A stretch of DNA of 64,000 nt, from IMG/VR virus record IMGVR_UViG_3300028591_000004, positions 32,001 to 96,000 of that record, one strand, 5' to 3'. This DNA is from a virus. Taxonomy: Duplodnaviria; Caudoviricetes. Shown here piece by piece: positions 1-9,211 of the stretch; position 1 is the stretch's first letter; each line of letters starts with the position of its first letter. Both the position numbers and the translations under genes were made by a program. The notes beneath the pieces were generated by a model that was not told where the DNA came from, did no database searches, and saw nothing but the letters and a program-made list of their open reading frames with translations.

Positions 1-412
1 TGTTCGCCCGCAGATCAATGATGTTGATAGCAGGACGGGCAGAGATTTCCTTGGTGTCAACCAGAATCTGGCTGTCAGCAACATAGCTGCGAGGAGTGGT
101 AGAACCCTTCGCCTGAATAACAGCCTTGATGCCACCGGTCTTCACCTTGAAAGCGGCCTTCTCGCCGTAGGAGATATTCTTGATGTCCGCAACCAGACCC
201 AGGAAATCCAGAGCCTTCTGCTGCAGTTCCTCAACCGTAAACGCAACGATCTGACCGATCTGATGGCAGTTCTGAGGATTCAGATCCTGTGCCAGCACAG
301 AAACAATCTGATTTGCCTCTTCGATCTTATCGGAGTCAACACGCTCGTTGCGAGCCTGCGCGGCCAGGACCTTGATTAATTTCATGCCGCGTTCGACTTT
401 AATGTCAGCCAT
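1..412 (-). CDS. Major capsid protein (5' part; runs off window start)
   Basis: ATG at 412 after SD GGAGGTG; open frame MADIKVERGMKLIKVL...; highly biased codons; last gene of terminase-portal-protease-head run. Confidence 0.7.
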   Translation of the reverse strand, partial: MADIKVERGMKLIKVLAAQARNERVDSDKIEEANQIVSVLAQDLNPQNCHQIGQIVAFTVEELQQKALDFLGLVADIKNISYGEKAAFKVKTGGIKAVIQAKGSTTPRSYVADSQILVDTKEISARPAINIIDLRAN

Positions 413-427
413 GTCTTTCACCTCCGA

Positions 428-856
428 TTAACCGATAGTGCCGTCGGCCTTCACGCCGTAGGCAGTGCCAGCGGCAGGCGTTCCGGTAACCATGGTAGTC
501 ACGAATTCCTCACCAACGACCAGCGGATGAGCACGCAGTTCGGCATCCACAGCAGTGGTGTAAACTCTCTTGTCATAAGCCTGAGAATCGTTGATGTCGA
601 AACCGTTCTCCACGAAGTAATAGCGCTTCGCCAGAGAGTCAACGATAAAACGATAAGCAGTCACACCGTCATAGATGGTGGTGACTTCTTTGCAAATAAA
701 CTTGCTATTGGTATCCGCAGAAGGCATAACCAGCTTTGTAGCGTTGTCGCCGGTGCCCTGAACCATAACAATACCGTTCGGCACGGGATCAGCGGCGCCG
801 TTTAACAGCTCGCCTTCATACAGATAGCCTTGCAGCTTTGTCATATAGCCAGCCAT
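428..856 (-). CDS. Small head structural/decoration protein
   Basis: Start re-set to MAGYMTK (ATG 856, SD AAAGGA); lies between scaffold and capsid genes. Confidence 0.55.
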   Translation of the reverse strand: MAGYMTKLQGYLYEGELLNGAADPVPNGIVMVQGTGDNATKLVMPSADTNSKFICKEVTTIYDGVTAYRFIVDSLAKRYYFVENGFDINDSQAYDKRVYTTAVDAELRAHPLVVGEEFVTTMVTGTPAAGTAYGVKADGTIG

Positions 857-872
857 AGCTATCATTCCTTTC

Positions 873-910
873 GAAAAAGAATTAAACCCCGCCACAAAAG
901 GCGGGGTTTA
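873..910 (-). terminator. Intrinsic terminator-like hairpin
   Basis: Minus strand TAAACCCCGCC-ttttgt-GGCGGGGTTTA followed by a T-rich tract. Confidence 0.55.
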
Positions 911-922
911 TATAAGATCTGC

Positions 923-2263
923 TCACCGAGAAAGCAGAGAATAGGTAGTAGGTTTGTCATCCTTTTCCAGCAGGCTAAATCTGCCTTCGCTGCGGATGTC
1001 AGCCATAATAGGATTGATTTCTGCGGTAACTGTTTTTACTTCGGCGACAGCCTTTGCTTCTTTCAGTTCTGCGATTTCATTCCTGAGTGCTTCGACTTGT
1101 TCAGCTAATTCTGCAATTAACTGCTCGGCAGTCTGTTTCTTGGAATCGTCGACGGTCACAGGAGCCTCGTCAGTGTTCCCGGGCGGTGTAGTTTGTCCCT
1201 GATCCTCTTGATTGGGATCGTCTGTTGATCCAGACGCGGGTTCTTCCGATGCGCCGGATTCGCCGGAGTTTGCTCCATCTCCATCTCCGTTTTCAGCAAT
1301 ATGAACGCCGTCATCCGCTTCTACGATCTGCGCTTCCGGTTCGACATGAGATACAGATGTTTCAACTTCAACATGCTGATAAACGTCTACACCGGATTCA
1401 GTATCGTGAGCATAGGTAGAATGTTCTTGCTTAACTTCTTCGCGAACATAAACAGCGGCATTCTGCTGTTCAGCAGTTTCAGACGTTTTTTCGTCTTCAT
1501 CTTTGCATGCGGCAGATTCTTCGGTTTCAGCAATTTCTGCGTTTTCCTCAGGCTCTGTTTCAGCTTCCTGCTGAGTGGTTTCAGCCACAACGGGCTCTTC
1601 AGCCACGGTTGGCTCTTCAGTCGTAACGGGTTCTTCTGTAACCTGTTCGGCTAAGGTTTCCTTATTATCCGCCATATCCCTTTCACCTCCTTCTTCGTCA
1701 TCTGCTTTCTGCTGTGCGACTAACTGGAGCGCAACAGCTTCTTCGCAAGCAGGGAAGGTTACAATGGCAGTACCTTCCAGGTAATTACTGTCCGACGCGT
1801 CAATCTGTATCGTTCCGTCTTCGAGTTCTGTATACTCTCCAACGTTTACTTCGAAAGAAAATTTCAGGGCGCCGTCTGCAAAGAGTTCGGATATAGCTTT
1901 GCTAAGCTTTTTGTTTCGCTTGGCGATACGCGCATATCCAACTAAATAACAGCCGTTGTCGAAATCTTCCCGTTCGAAGTCGTAGAACGAACCGATTTGC
2001 GTAGAATGGAATTCGCCTGTTCGCGAGTCATACAGATGACCGAGTCGGCGATAATTGCCGTTTGTGAGGGCGCGGACGTCCGCATATAACGGCAGCCCTA
2101 CATACTGTTCTTTGTTATCGATGATTTCGTCGATGAAAGCTTCGGTAACTCTTGCTCCGTTTAGATTCGCCGCAGGAGCTTCGCAGATGCGGGCTTTTAC
2201 AGTCATAAAAATATCTGACTGCTGGATTTCGGAGATGACGGATGCGAACATAAGTCTGTTCAT
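923..2263 (-). CDS. Prohead protease-scaffold fusion
   Basis: Globular N-terminal domain (GHLYD, FSFEV, GTAIVTFPA) plus very acidic low-complexity C-terminal half ending in a coiled coil; between portal and capsid. Confidence 0.7.
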   Translation of the reverse strand: MNRLMFASVISEIQQSDIFMTVKARICEAPAANLNGARVTEAFIDEIIDNKEQYVGLPLYADVRALTNGNYRRLGHLYDSRTGEFHSTQIGSFYDFEREDFDNGCYLVGYARIAKRNKKLSKAISELFADGALKFSFEVNVGEYTELEDGTIQIDASDSNYLEGTAIVTFPACEEAVALQLVAQQKADDEEGGERDMADNKETLAEQVTEEPVTTEEPTVAEEPVVAETTQQEAETEPEENAEIAETEESAACKDEDEKTSETAEQQNAAVYVREEVKQEHSTYAHDTESGVDVYQHVEVETSVSHVEPEAQIVEADDGVHIAENGDGDGANSGESGASEEPASGSTDDPNQEDQGQTTPPGNTDEAPVTVDDSKKQTAEQLIAELAEQVEALRNEIAELKEAKAVAEVKTVTAEINPIMADIRSEGRFSLLEKDDKPTTYSLLSR

Positions 2264-2576
2264 ATCGAATCTCCTTTGCGCGTTCGATTTCCAGTGATGG
2301 GAGACAAAGGAGAATCGAAGGCGAATCTATATCTAACAGCCCGAAGGCTGGAGATATAAAAGAAAAAGCACGGGACTTACACACAAAGGATGCCCGTGCA
2401 CTACCAAATACGCATTGCGAACGGAAGAATAAGCCTCGAAGGCATGTAAGGTTGGACGTTTCGCAAGAGGCGTTGGCAGATCATACATATCCGCTTAGGC
2501 AGCGGCAGCGCAGGTTTTATTGTTCACCATAAACAATTCAGCACTGGACTTATTTAATGACGCGACAGGCTACGTC

Positions 2577-4169
2577 TTAACCCGAATCTTCCTGTTTCTC
2601 CGATCCTTCCGGAGAAGAAGGTTTGGGCTGGCGGCCCGTCTCGGATTTGGACGGGTCGCTTTTCCGCTCACTATCGTCTAAAGTGGGTCGGCCTTGCGTT
2701 GTTTCTTCTGAAGATTCTTCTGATTTCGACTCGGCCTTAGTTGCCCTAACAGACAACACTTCGTCTGTTCCGTCTGAAGACTCTTTCTCTCGTTGAGTCT
2801 TTTCAACTTCAACAGAATAGCCCTGAGTTTTCATCATAGTCTTCGTAGAAATAACACCCTTGCTCCAGAGTTCTACGCACTTCTCGCGAAGTGTTTTCTT
2901 CCCCTCCATAGTAAGAGGTTGAAATCTGAATTCAGGTATTTCTTTTAGGTTGTATGTTCCTTGCATGAACTCTGTAAGACGTTCGTTGATTTTCGTCATC
3001 ATCTCGCAGAATTCATCCCGGGCTGCATTGATTCTTGTTTCAGCAGTTTGCATACTTACTTGTGCTGAGGCAAAAGTGGAACCGTCTTCAGACACGCCTG
3101 AAACAATGACACCGGAAACTCCCCCAGCGGAAAGAATGTCGTTGTTGACATCTTTGTACTTGTTCCACTGGAAAAGATCGTCTAAATCAGCTTGGATTAA
3201 GTTAGCTTTGGCAAGATGATTTGTAACAACAAGAGGAAAACCAGACATACCCTGTTGGAACAACCTTCTGACCTGAGTAAGCTGTATTTCGTCAGGCAGG
3301 ATATCCTGAGTTTTTCCGCTTTCTCCGTAAGTAACGTGAACAAAGGATCTTTTCCCGATATTAAGAATGGATGTTTCGTAAGAAGAGATTAACTCTTTCT
3401 TTGCCAAAGCAGGCAGACAGGCAGCAATAAAGGGAACAGAATACCTCATCCAGCCTTCCTTCGGAAGCTGAAGAACAAAAGTGTTCTCAGGATTTAACTG
3501 GGCATACTGCTCACCGGATACAATTGCTTCTTGAATTTCTTCAGGATAACCTTTTAAAACTGTTTCCCTTTCTCCGTCTTTTATGAAGTCTTCTCTTACG
3601 CTGTATCCTTTGGACCTGAATTCGTTGATAATAGACTGACAGTCGTACTCAACGATTGGAGTTCCATCGAACATAACGTTACCGATTTTCCATTTGTGGA
3701 CAGGAAGGGTAATTAAGTTTCCTTTGTGCAGATAACAACAGACATTCGCGTATTTCCATAGTTCTTTCATAATGCCTGTCATCTTTTCTTTCAGCCGCAT
3801 ACGTTTGTATTGTTCTTCGAACAATGCGTATGTTTTCTCTTTAGAACCTGTGAGGTACCAATCCGAACAGGTAGAGTAGGGAATATACACATGTTCGATA
3901 ATACCCCTTACAATAGGATCCGCATCGGCATAATAGTCTGCCAGTTGATACAATGTAACAATGTTGTCCTGCTTATTCCGGAGGATAGAAGTATAGTCGT
4001 AGCCGGCAAGTTCACCGCTGAAGGTAATGTTGGAGTTTTCGAAGCTTTGGAAAGTTTCATCGAGTGCTTTTCCTGCTCCGACCGCGATCTCTATTCGCTT
4101 TTGAGGTTTAGACGCCTCGGAGTCTGTACGGTTAAATAACCGATTGAAGAAGCCCATTGGGCGTCCCAC
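2577..4169 (-). CDS. Portal protein
   Basis: 530 aa immediately downstream of TerL; C-terminal GRP...GRQPKPS tail as seen in SPbeta-type portals. Confidence 0.75.
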   Translation of the reverse strand: MGRPMGFFNRLFNRTDSEASKPQKRIEIAVGAGKALDETFQSFENSNITFSGELAGYDYTSILRNKQDNIVTLYQLADYYADADPIVRGIIEHVYIPYSTCSDWYLTGSKEKTYALFEEQYKRMRLKEKMTGIMKELWKYANVCCYLHKGNLITLPVHKWKIGNVMFDGTPIVEYDCQSIINEFRSKGYSVREDFIKDGERETVLKGYPEEIQEAIVSGEQYAQLNPENTFVLQLPKEGWMRYSVPFIAACLPALAKKELISSYETSILNIGKRSFVHVTYGESGKTQDILPDEIQLTQVRRLFQQGMSGFPLVVTNHLAKANLIQADLDDLFQWNKYKDVNNDILSAGGVSGVIVSGVSEDGSTFASAQVSMQTAETRINAARDEFCEMMTKINERLTEFMQGTYNLKEIPEFRFQPLTMEGKKTLREKCVELWSKGVISTKTMMKTQGYSVEVEKTQREKESSDGTDEVLSVRATKAESKSEESSEETTQGRPTLDDSERKSDPSKSETGRQPKPSSPEGSEKQEDSG

Positions 4170-4174
4170 CTTTC

Positions 4175-5812
4175 TTAGAAATTACTGACAACACCGATAC
4201 ACGGAGTTCCGTGCCGGTGTTGTTTGATGTTGATTTTTTCGAGCTCACTGATGTAGTCGTTTCCCATAGCGAGAGCAGAATAACGGTCTTTATGCATTCC
4301 GGATCTGGGAACGTCGTAAAGGACATTGCCGCTTGATCCGACCTTTGCAACAACGTTATTCATTTCTATTTGAAGAGCGTCTGTTTCCAGAAAGTTCGCA
4401 AGCTCTTCCTTGGACATTCTTTTCCCTTCGGGTAATTCGTATTGTTTGTCTTTAACAAGGCGGTAAGAGTTAGGCAGTTCGAGTGTCTGTTTCTCGAGGG
4501 CAACTCTTAAGTTTGTGTAAATCCTTTGGTTCAAAGTATTTACAGCCCTGAAAGGATGAAGAGCCTGTATCGCGTCTGGATTGGAGAGTTCTTCGTCATC
4601 TACAACTAAAGGAGGATATTCTCTTCCGGATTCGTGATCTATCCATTCTTTGTCAAAGAACCTGTCGAAACTGTCGCCGATTCCTCTCGCGTCGTATACG
4701 ATTTTCTCTGTGTTGGGAAACTTTACATGAAAATATCGCCGAACTTCTTCGGCGAGATAATCCAGAGGCTTACCTTTATAAGACCTGATGTGAACAACCT
4801 TCTTTGCAAAAGATCCGTCTTTCTTTTCAGTGAATTTGTGGATCATAAGAATGCTGTTGTCTGCACTCTTTGCTTTGGAGGTTGCAATGTCCAGAGAAAT
4901 AATGTATCTGGATTTAGAGCCTTTAGGCTGGTCCATTTCGATAGCGTCTAAAGTACGGCAGCTCTGAACTAAATCGATGGGGAACGCAGAGTTCTCCGAA
5001 CCGCCTAAGAATTTGGATTCGTATTCCATTGCGAAGGTAGTTTCGGGATTGGCTCTCTGTTCCTCTTCGTAATACTTTGGTTTTGTAAGTCCTTCCGCGA
5101 TGGGTGTTTTGTAATGTAGAACACACGCAAAGTAAGACTTATCGCCTTTGGCCCGTTCCTGAACAATACGTTCGAATTCTTTGTAGAACGCATAGTTCTT
5201 AGGACAGGCAGAAGTAATATAAATTAATTTAGAGTCGAAATCTTCAAACCCGTAGGTTCTTGCGTTGTATCTCGTTTCGTTTCTGGTAGGGTTGACGACA
5301 GCCCTTAAGATGTCCATATCGACATCCCGGGCTTCATCGACAATAACCATCTTTGCACGTCTCGAGCGAGCACGGGCCATAGGAACTGAAGAGATAATGC
5401 TTCCGTTCTTTAATGTAACTGTTGATTCGTCCTTGCTGATAGACACATATGTTTTTGCGTTAGTAGGTTTGATCTCGTTCCTGAAGTTTTCGTTTTCGTT
5501 CGCGAGATCCCTTATCTTTTCCGCAATACGTGTAGCCTGGTCGGCTGTAGGAGCAACAACTAATACACTTGTTCCCGGATAAAGACATCCTAAGGAATGA
5601 GCGATAAACGCAGTCAGCCACGTTTTACCGTATCCACGTGGCGCAACAACAGCAGAGGTTGTTGCGTTCCCGACTTCTCTTGCAATGACGTGTTGTATGG
5701 GTGTTAATTTCACAGGCTTATAAGCCTGTTCAATATACATGTCCATATGTGTGCGGTAATAAATAACCTGTTTTTCTACCGCTTTCCAGTTTGTTATAAC
5801 TCCGGGTTTCAC
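4175..5812 (-). CDS. terL: Terminase large subunit
   Basis: Walker A APRGYGKT, Walker B VIVDEAR, coupling motif ITSA, nuclease motifs SLDIA and KDRYSA. Confidence 0.92.
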   Translation of the reverse strand: MKPGVITNWKAVEKQVIYYRTHMDMYIEQAYKPVKLTPIQHVIAREVGNATTSAVVAPRGYGKTWLTAFIAHSLGCLYPGTSVLVVAPTADQATRIAEKIRDLANENENFRNEIKPTNAKTYVSISKDESTVTLKNGSIISSVPMARARSRRAKMVIVDEARDVDMDILRAVVNPTRNETRYNARTYGFEDFDSKLIYITSACPKNYAFYKEFERIVQERAKGDKSYFACVLHYKTPIAEGLTKPKYYEEEQRANPETTFAMEYESKFLGGSENSAFPIDLVQSCRTLDAIEMDQPKGSKSRYIISLDIATSKAKSADNSILMIHKFTEKKDGSFAKKVVHIRSYKGKPLDYLAEEVRRYFHVKFPNTEKIVYDARGIGDSFDRFFDKEWIDHESGREYPPLVVDDEELSNPDAIQALHPFRAVNTLNQRIYTNLRVALEKQTLELPNSYRLVKDKQYELPEGKRMSKEELANFLETDALQIEMNNVVAKVGSSGNVLYDVPRSGMHKDRYSALAMGNDYISELEKINIKQHRHGTPCIGVVSNF

Positions 5813-6729
5813 GAAACATCACCCGCTTCGTCTTCCCGCATGGACTCTATAATGTAGGACAGCCCGTCTATCGCAACGTCGACAACATCCTTGGGCCATT
5901 CTATCTTTTCGATACATGGATATCCATGCGTTTCCAGATAAGCCGTTGTCTCAGCCCAACTGTTGATTCCACCCTTATCTCCTGGTTTGCGTTTGTTTGC
6001 GGCAAAGTTCCCCATACTTGCAAGAAGGTTGTAGGAGTTAACAGCGTTATTTAAATCCTGAATTTGACATCTTCCGGCAAGATAATCGTTCTGCATCTTG
6101 TCCACCGTCAAAGCAGCTTTTGCAAGTTTCTTTGCGTTGTCCCTTAACGAGACGTCCGCAAGGTCAAAGTCAGAATCCAATTCGTCGTAAAAGTTCTGGA
6201 GGTACTCCAGTTCGGAAGGTTTGAAGTCTCCGTTGAAAAAAGCATTGTACGTTTTAACGTTAGCATCTTTCTTCTTCGGTTCGTTGTCTACGACCTGTCC
6301 TGCTTCTTTCGACTCTTCGTATGTGTTGACGTTGATGTTTTGAGAATTATCGACATATTCGTAGTTAATCTGCATAACAGCAGGAACCTGTTCACAGGTC
6401 ATCTTTTCCAGAAATGATTCGCGCATATCTTCGGAAAGCTTCATGAATTTTGTGTTTTGAACAGCAACTCTTTCTGCTTTCTTTTTCGCGTTCTCCCAGA
6501 TCTTCTCATTCCACTTTCTGTCGTTCTCGAAAAAGTATTGTCTCATTTCATCCTTTGTCTGGATGGAGGCAACACACTTCTTGCACCACACATCTTTGCC
6601 TGCCTGTGCAAGCCAGTCCCGGTTAGAGTAAAACTCTGAGAGGTTCCGGATTTGATTGCAATGAAGGCAAATCTTTGTTACAGGAGGCTTCTTAGCTGTT
6701 TTACGAGGTTTGGATAATACAGTGCTCAT
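5809..6729 (-). CDS. Zn-finger protein, possible terminase small subunit
   Basis: CLHC...WCKKC N-terminus; overlaps the terL start by 4 nt. Confidence 0.5.
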   Translation of the reverse strand: MSTVLSKPRKTAKKPPVTKICLHCNQIRNLSEFYSNRDWLAQAGKDVWCKKCVASIQTKDEMRQYFFENDRKWNEKIWENAKKKAERVAVQNTKFMKLSEDMRESFLEKMTCEQVPAVMQINYEYVDNSQNINVNTYEESKEAGQVVDNEPKKKDANVKTYNAFFNGDFKPSELEYLQNFYDELDSDFDLADVSLRDNAKKLAKAALTVDKMQNDYLAGRCQIQDLNNAVNSYNLLASMGNFAANKRKPGDKGGINSWAETTAYLETHGYPCIEKIEWPKDVVDVAIDGLSYIIESMREDEAGDVS

Positions 6730-7064
6730 TCTGTATCATCCTCAATCTGCTCCTCTTTGATCGTAAGCTCCTCGTTGAGAGTCCCGTCCTTGTTCACAAA
6801 AGAAATCTGTTCAACCTTCTTCTTGGGATCGTAAGTAGCCCGGGATTTCAGATTGCGTTTATTGCGAAGATAGAAATCCGCTAAAGCGATAAACAGATCA
6901 GCCGTCTTTGTGTACTTGTATACGGGGATTTGATACTCTCCTTCTTTTTTCCGAATCGTGTAATAGATTCCACGCTCCGCAAGAAAATCAACCTCGTCAC
7001 GCCATTCGGTTCGATACTCGATGTCGAATGCTGTTTTAGGAATACCATTCTTTTCTGTTTTCAT
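6726..7064 (-). CDS. Hypothetical protein, first gene of the late operon
   Basis: SD AAGGAG; ATGA coupling to next gene. Confidence 0.7.
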   Translation of the reverse strand: MKTEKNGIPKTAFDIEYRTEWRDEVDFLAERGIYYTIRKKEGEYQIPVYKYTKTADLFIALADFYLRNKRNLKSRATYDPKKKVEQISFVNKDGTLNEELTIKEEQIEDDTE

Positions 7065-7170
7065 ATTGACTCTCCTTATCGTATATCTGCCCGACAGGGC
7101 AAAAACAAAATAAAAATACGGAGCATGTACTTTTTATGCAATTCAGGCATGCAAAGGACATGCACTTTTA

Positions 7171-7203
7171 CTCCATTATGCGGTGTTTCGAAACAAGAGG
7201 TCG
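7171..7203 (-). promoter_or_regulatory. Class-B motif (CTCYBGTTTCGAAA-N5-CATAATGGAG), facing the late operon
   Basis: Minus strand CTCTTGTTTCGAAACACCGCATAATGGAG; four further copies in the window. Confidence 0.65.
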
Positions 7204-7387
7204 CGAAACTAAAAGAAAACACCTAAGAAGAATTTAGAATGAATATAAGTTGTTTATAAAAGCTTTCAATTTTTTGGACGGAGGTTTCAAAAAGAGAAAA
7301 ACGATTCAACGTAAAGACACAAAAAGGCCCCCCAAAATCCTATACAAGTTATAGGAAAATGGGGGGTTTTGAATCGGCTTGAAAATA

Positions 7388-7453
7388 GAGATGAAAATGG
7401 AGAAAAGCGGGAATAAAGGCAAATGTGGAGATGGAGATGAAAATGGAGAAAAG
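7388..7453 (+). repeat. 20-bp direct repeat GAGATGAAAATGGAGAAAAG x2
   Basis: Copies at 7388-7407 and 7434-7453 in the divergent intergenic region. Confidence 0.8.
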
Positions 7454-7598
7454 TGTTGGAATGGAACAAAACACATAAATGAAGAAATCTGCAAAAGGAT
7501 TTCAACGTAAAGTTGGCATTTGAAAAGGACACCCTCATTAGAGGATGTCCCTTCCAGGTGCCAAGCCTGGACCGCGCAAGCGGAGAAAGGAGTGTCCC

Positions 7599-7748
7599 AT
7601 GAGTGAGCTCAACTCAGAGCAATTTGTCTGGCTAATGACGCTAACCCCGTCTGAACGCCGACAGATAGCTCGAAAGCTTGAGACTGGCAAGTGGAAGCTC
7701 GTTTGGAATGACGAGAGTCATACCTTCGAGCTAATCCCTGTCCAGTAA
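7599..7748 (+). CDS. Small early hypothetical protein
   Basis: SD AAAGGAG before ATG 7599; hairpin plus T-tract follows. Confidence 0.6.
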   Translation: MSELNSEQFVWLMTLTPSERRQIARKLETGKWKLVWNDESHTFELIPVQ

Positions 7749-7932
7749 CTCGAGGGAGGCTGGCGTCTCGAGCGCCAGCCTTCTCCTTTTCTTGATTGTA
7801 ACATCTCGAAAGAGATGCTGTCAATCGGGTCGGTAACGGACGTTAAGCGTTACCAGTCGCAAACTCATCCGACTACACAAAGCAAGGTACGTCCTGCTGA
7901 GAGATGAGCTGGTTTCAGGAGGTACTCAAGAA

Positions 7933-8118
7933 ATGTTTAAGGCTCCGTACACCGTGTTTCTGTCTGGACTGGACAATCCGTACGACTATCTCAGAGTTAA
8001 CAGCCTTGACAAAGCTGCTGATCTCTGGGCTGGATTCCCTCTTCGTGATGTTGTCGTTCTTGACGACAACGCGAAGAAAATTCCCGTCAGCTTGCTCCGT
8101 AGCATCGCCGGAGCATGA
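7933..8118 (+). CDS. Small early hypothetical protein
   Basis: SD AGGAGGT. Confidence 0.6.
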   Translation: MFKAPYTVFLSGLDNPYDYLRVNSLDKAADLWAGFPLRDVVVLDDNAKKIPVSLLRSIAGA

Positions 8119-8133
8119 AAGGGGTGCAAGCGA

Positions 8134-8310
8134 ATGAGTTTTGAATGCGCTTCGATCTTGGTGATGATCGCATACCCGATAGTGGTGTTACTCGTGTTCT
8201 TTGGAATCCCCTGGTACTTCCGGCAAATGAAAGAGTGGAACGACCGCCATCGCTCCACTCGGTTCAAGAGCCCCAGAAGGAACAACCGGTTTAAGCATCA
8301 CAGGCGTTAA
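8134..8310 (+). CDS. Small membrane protein (58 aa, not in ORF track)
   Basis: MSFECASILVMIAYPIVVLLVFFGIPWYF... hydrophobic helix then basic tail; SD AAGGGG. Confidence 0.5.
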   Translation: MSFECASILVMIAYPIVVLLVFFGIPWYFRQMKEWNDRHRSTRFKSPRRNNRFKHHRR

Positions 8311-8389
8311 CCCTCAGGAGCATCGTCATTATAACAGACGGTGCTCCTTTTGTCTACAAAATAAAAAATGACTAACAAGGAGGTACAAC

Positions 8390-8716
8390 ATGTTCTTTTC
8401 TTATATCTTTAATAAACCTACTTCTAACCAGAAGAAGGTTTTTGAAGCAGTTTCTCCTATCATAGAAAGAGTTTTCCCTAAAGCTACTTCATTTGTCTCA
8501 TGTCAGCACAACGAAGTTATCTTCACTTGCGGATACACTGAACAAGTTTCACCTTGCGAACAGAAATGCTATCCACCAGAAGAGAACAAACTTGATCAGC
8601 TTGCTGATTACCTGAATAAACTCTCTTACTCTCAGAATAGCAAGATAAAGTTTCAAGTCTGGTGCGAAGACATCGGAGGCGCAATCCCTATGGGTATAGT
8701 AGCTTCTTGGGATTAA
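8390..8716 (+). CDS. Hypothetical protein
   Basis: SD AAGGAGGT. Confidence 0.65.
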   Translation: MFFSYIFNKPTSNQKKVFEAVSPIIERVFPKATSFVSCQHNEVIFTCGYTEQVSPCEQKCYPPEENKLDQLADYLNKLSYSQNSKIKFQVWCEDIGGAIPMGIVASWD

Positions 8717-9211
8717 TCCTTCTCCCGGCTAAGCATCCGGGTTAACAACTGCTTAATTCGAAAAGAGCACCCAGCCGCAAACTGGATGCTCTTTTCGGGT
8801 TTTACCCGAACTGGAGTGCCTCCGGTATCAACGCAGTTGCAGCTGCGAAGAGAGGAGGGGTATCCATGCCGGATATCCGCCGGATGGGCGACGATTATGT
8901 TGTCGTCCTGAGGGGGAAGATCGTTAGATTCGAGTCCTACGATGCTGCGTACGCCGCGTGGGAGGAGGACTAGCGTCTTCACCATTCACTGTTATTTTAC
9001 CATAGGCACATGGTAAATACAAGCGTTTTCTATCGCTTTGAAATAGACCCTTGCCGTGGGAAGCGGCCTTTGCGGAAGCACTCCTGCCGCATCGTATCAG
9101 TCAGGGTTGACTACCCCGATTAGGGGCATCGCCTCGTCAGCCGTCAGTTCCACGAAACGGAACATTGCTCAAATATTTTGCTCAGCGGGAAACCGCAGAA
9201 AGGAAGGTACC

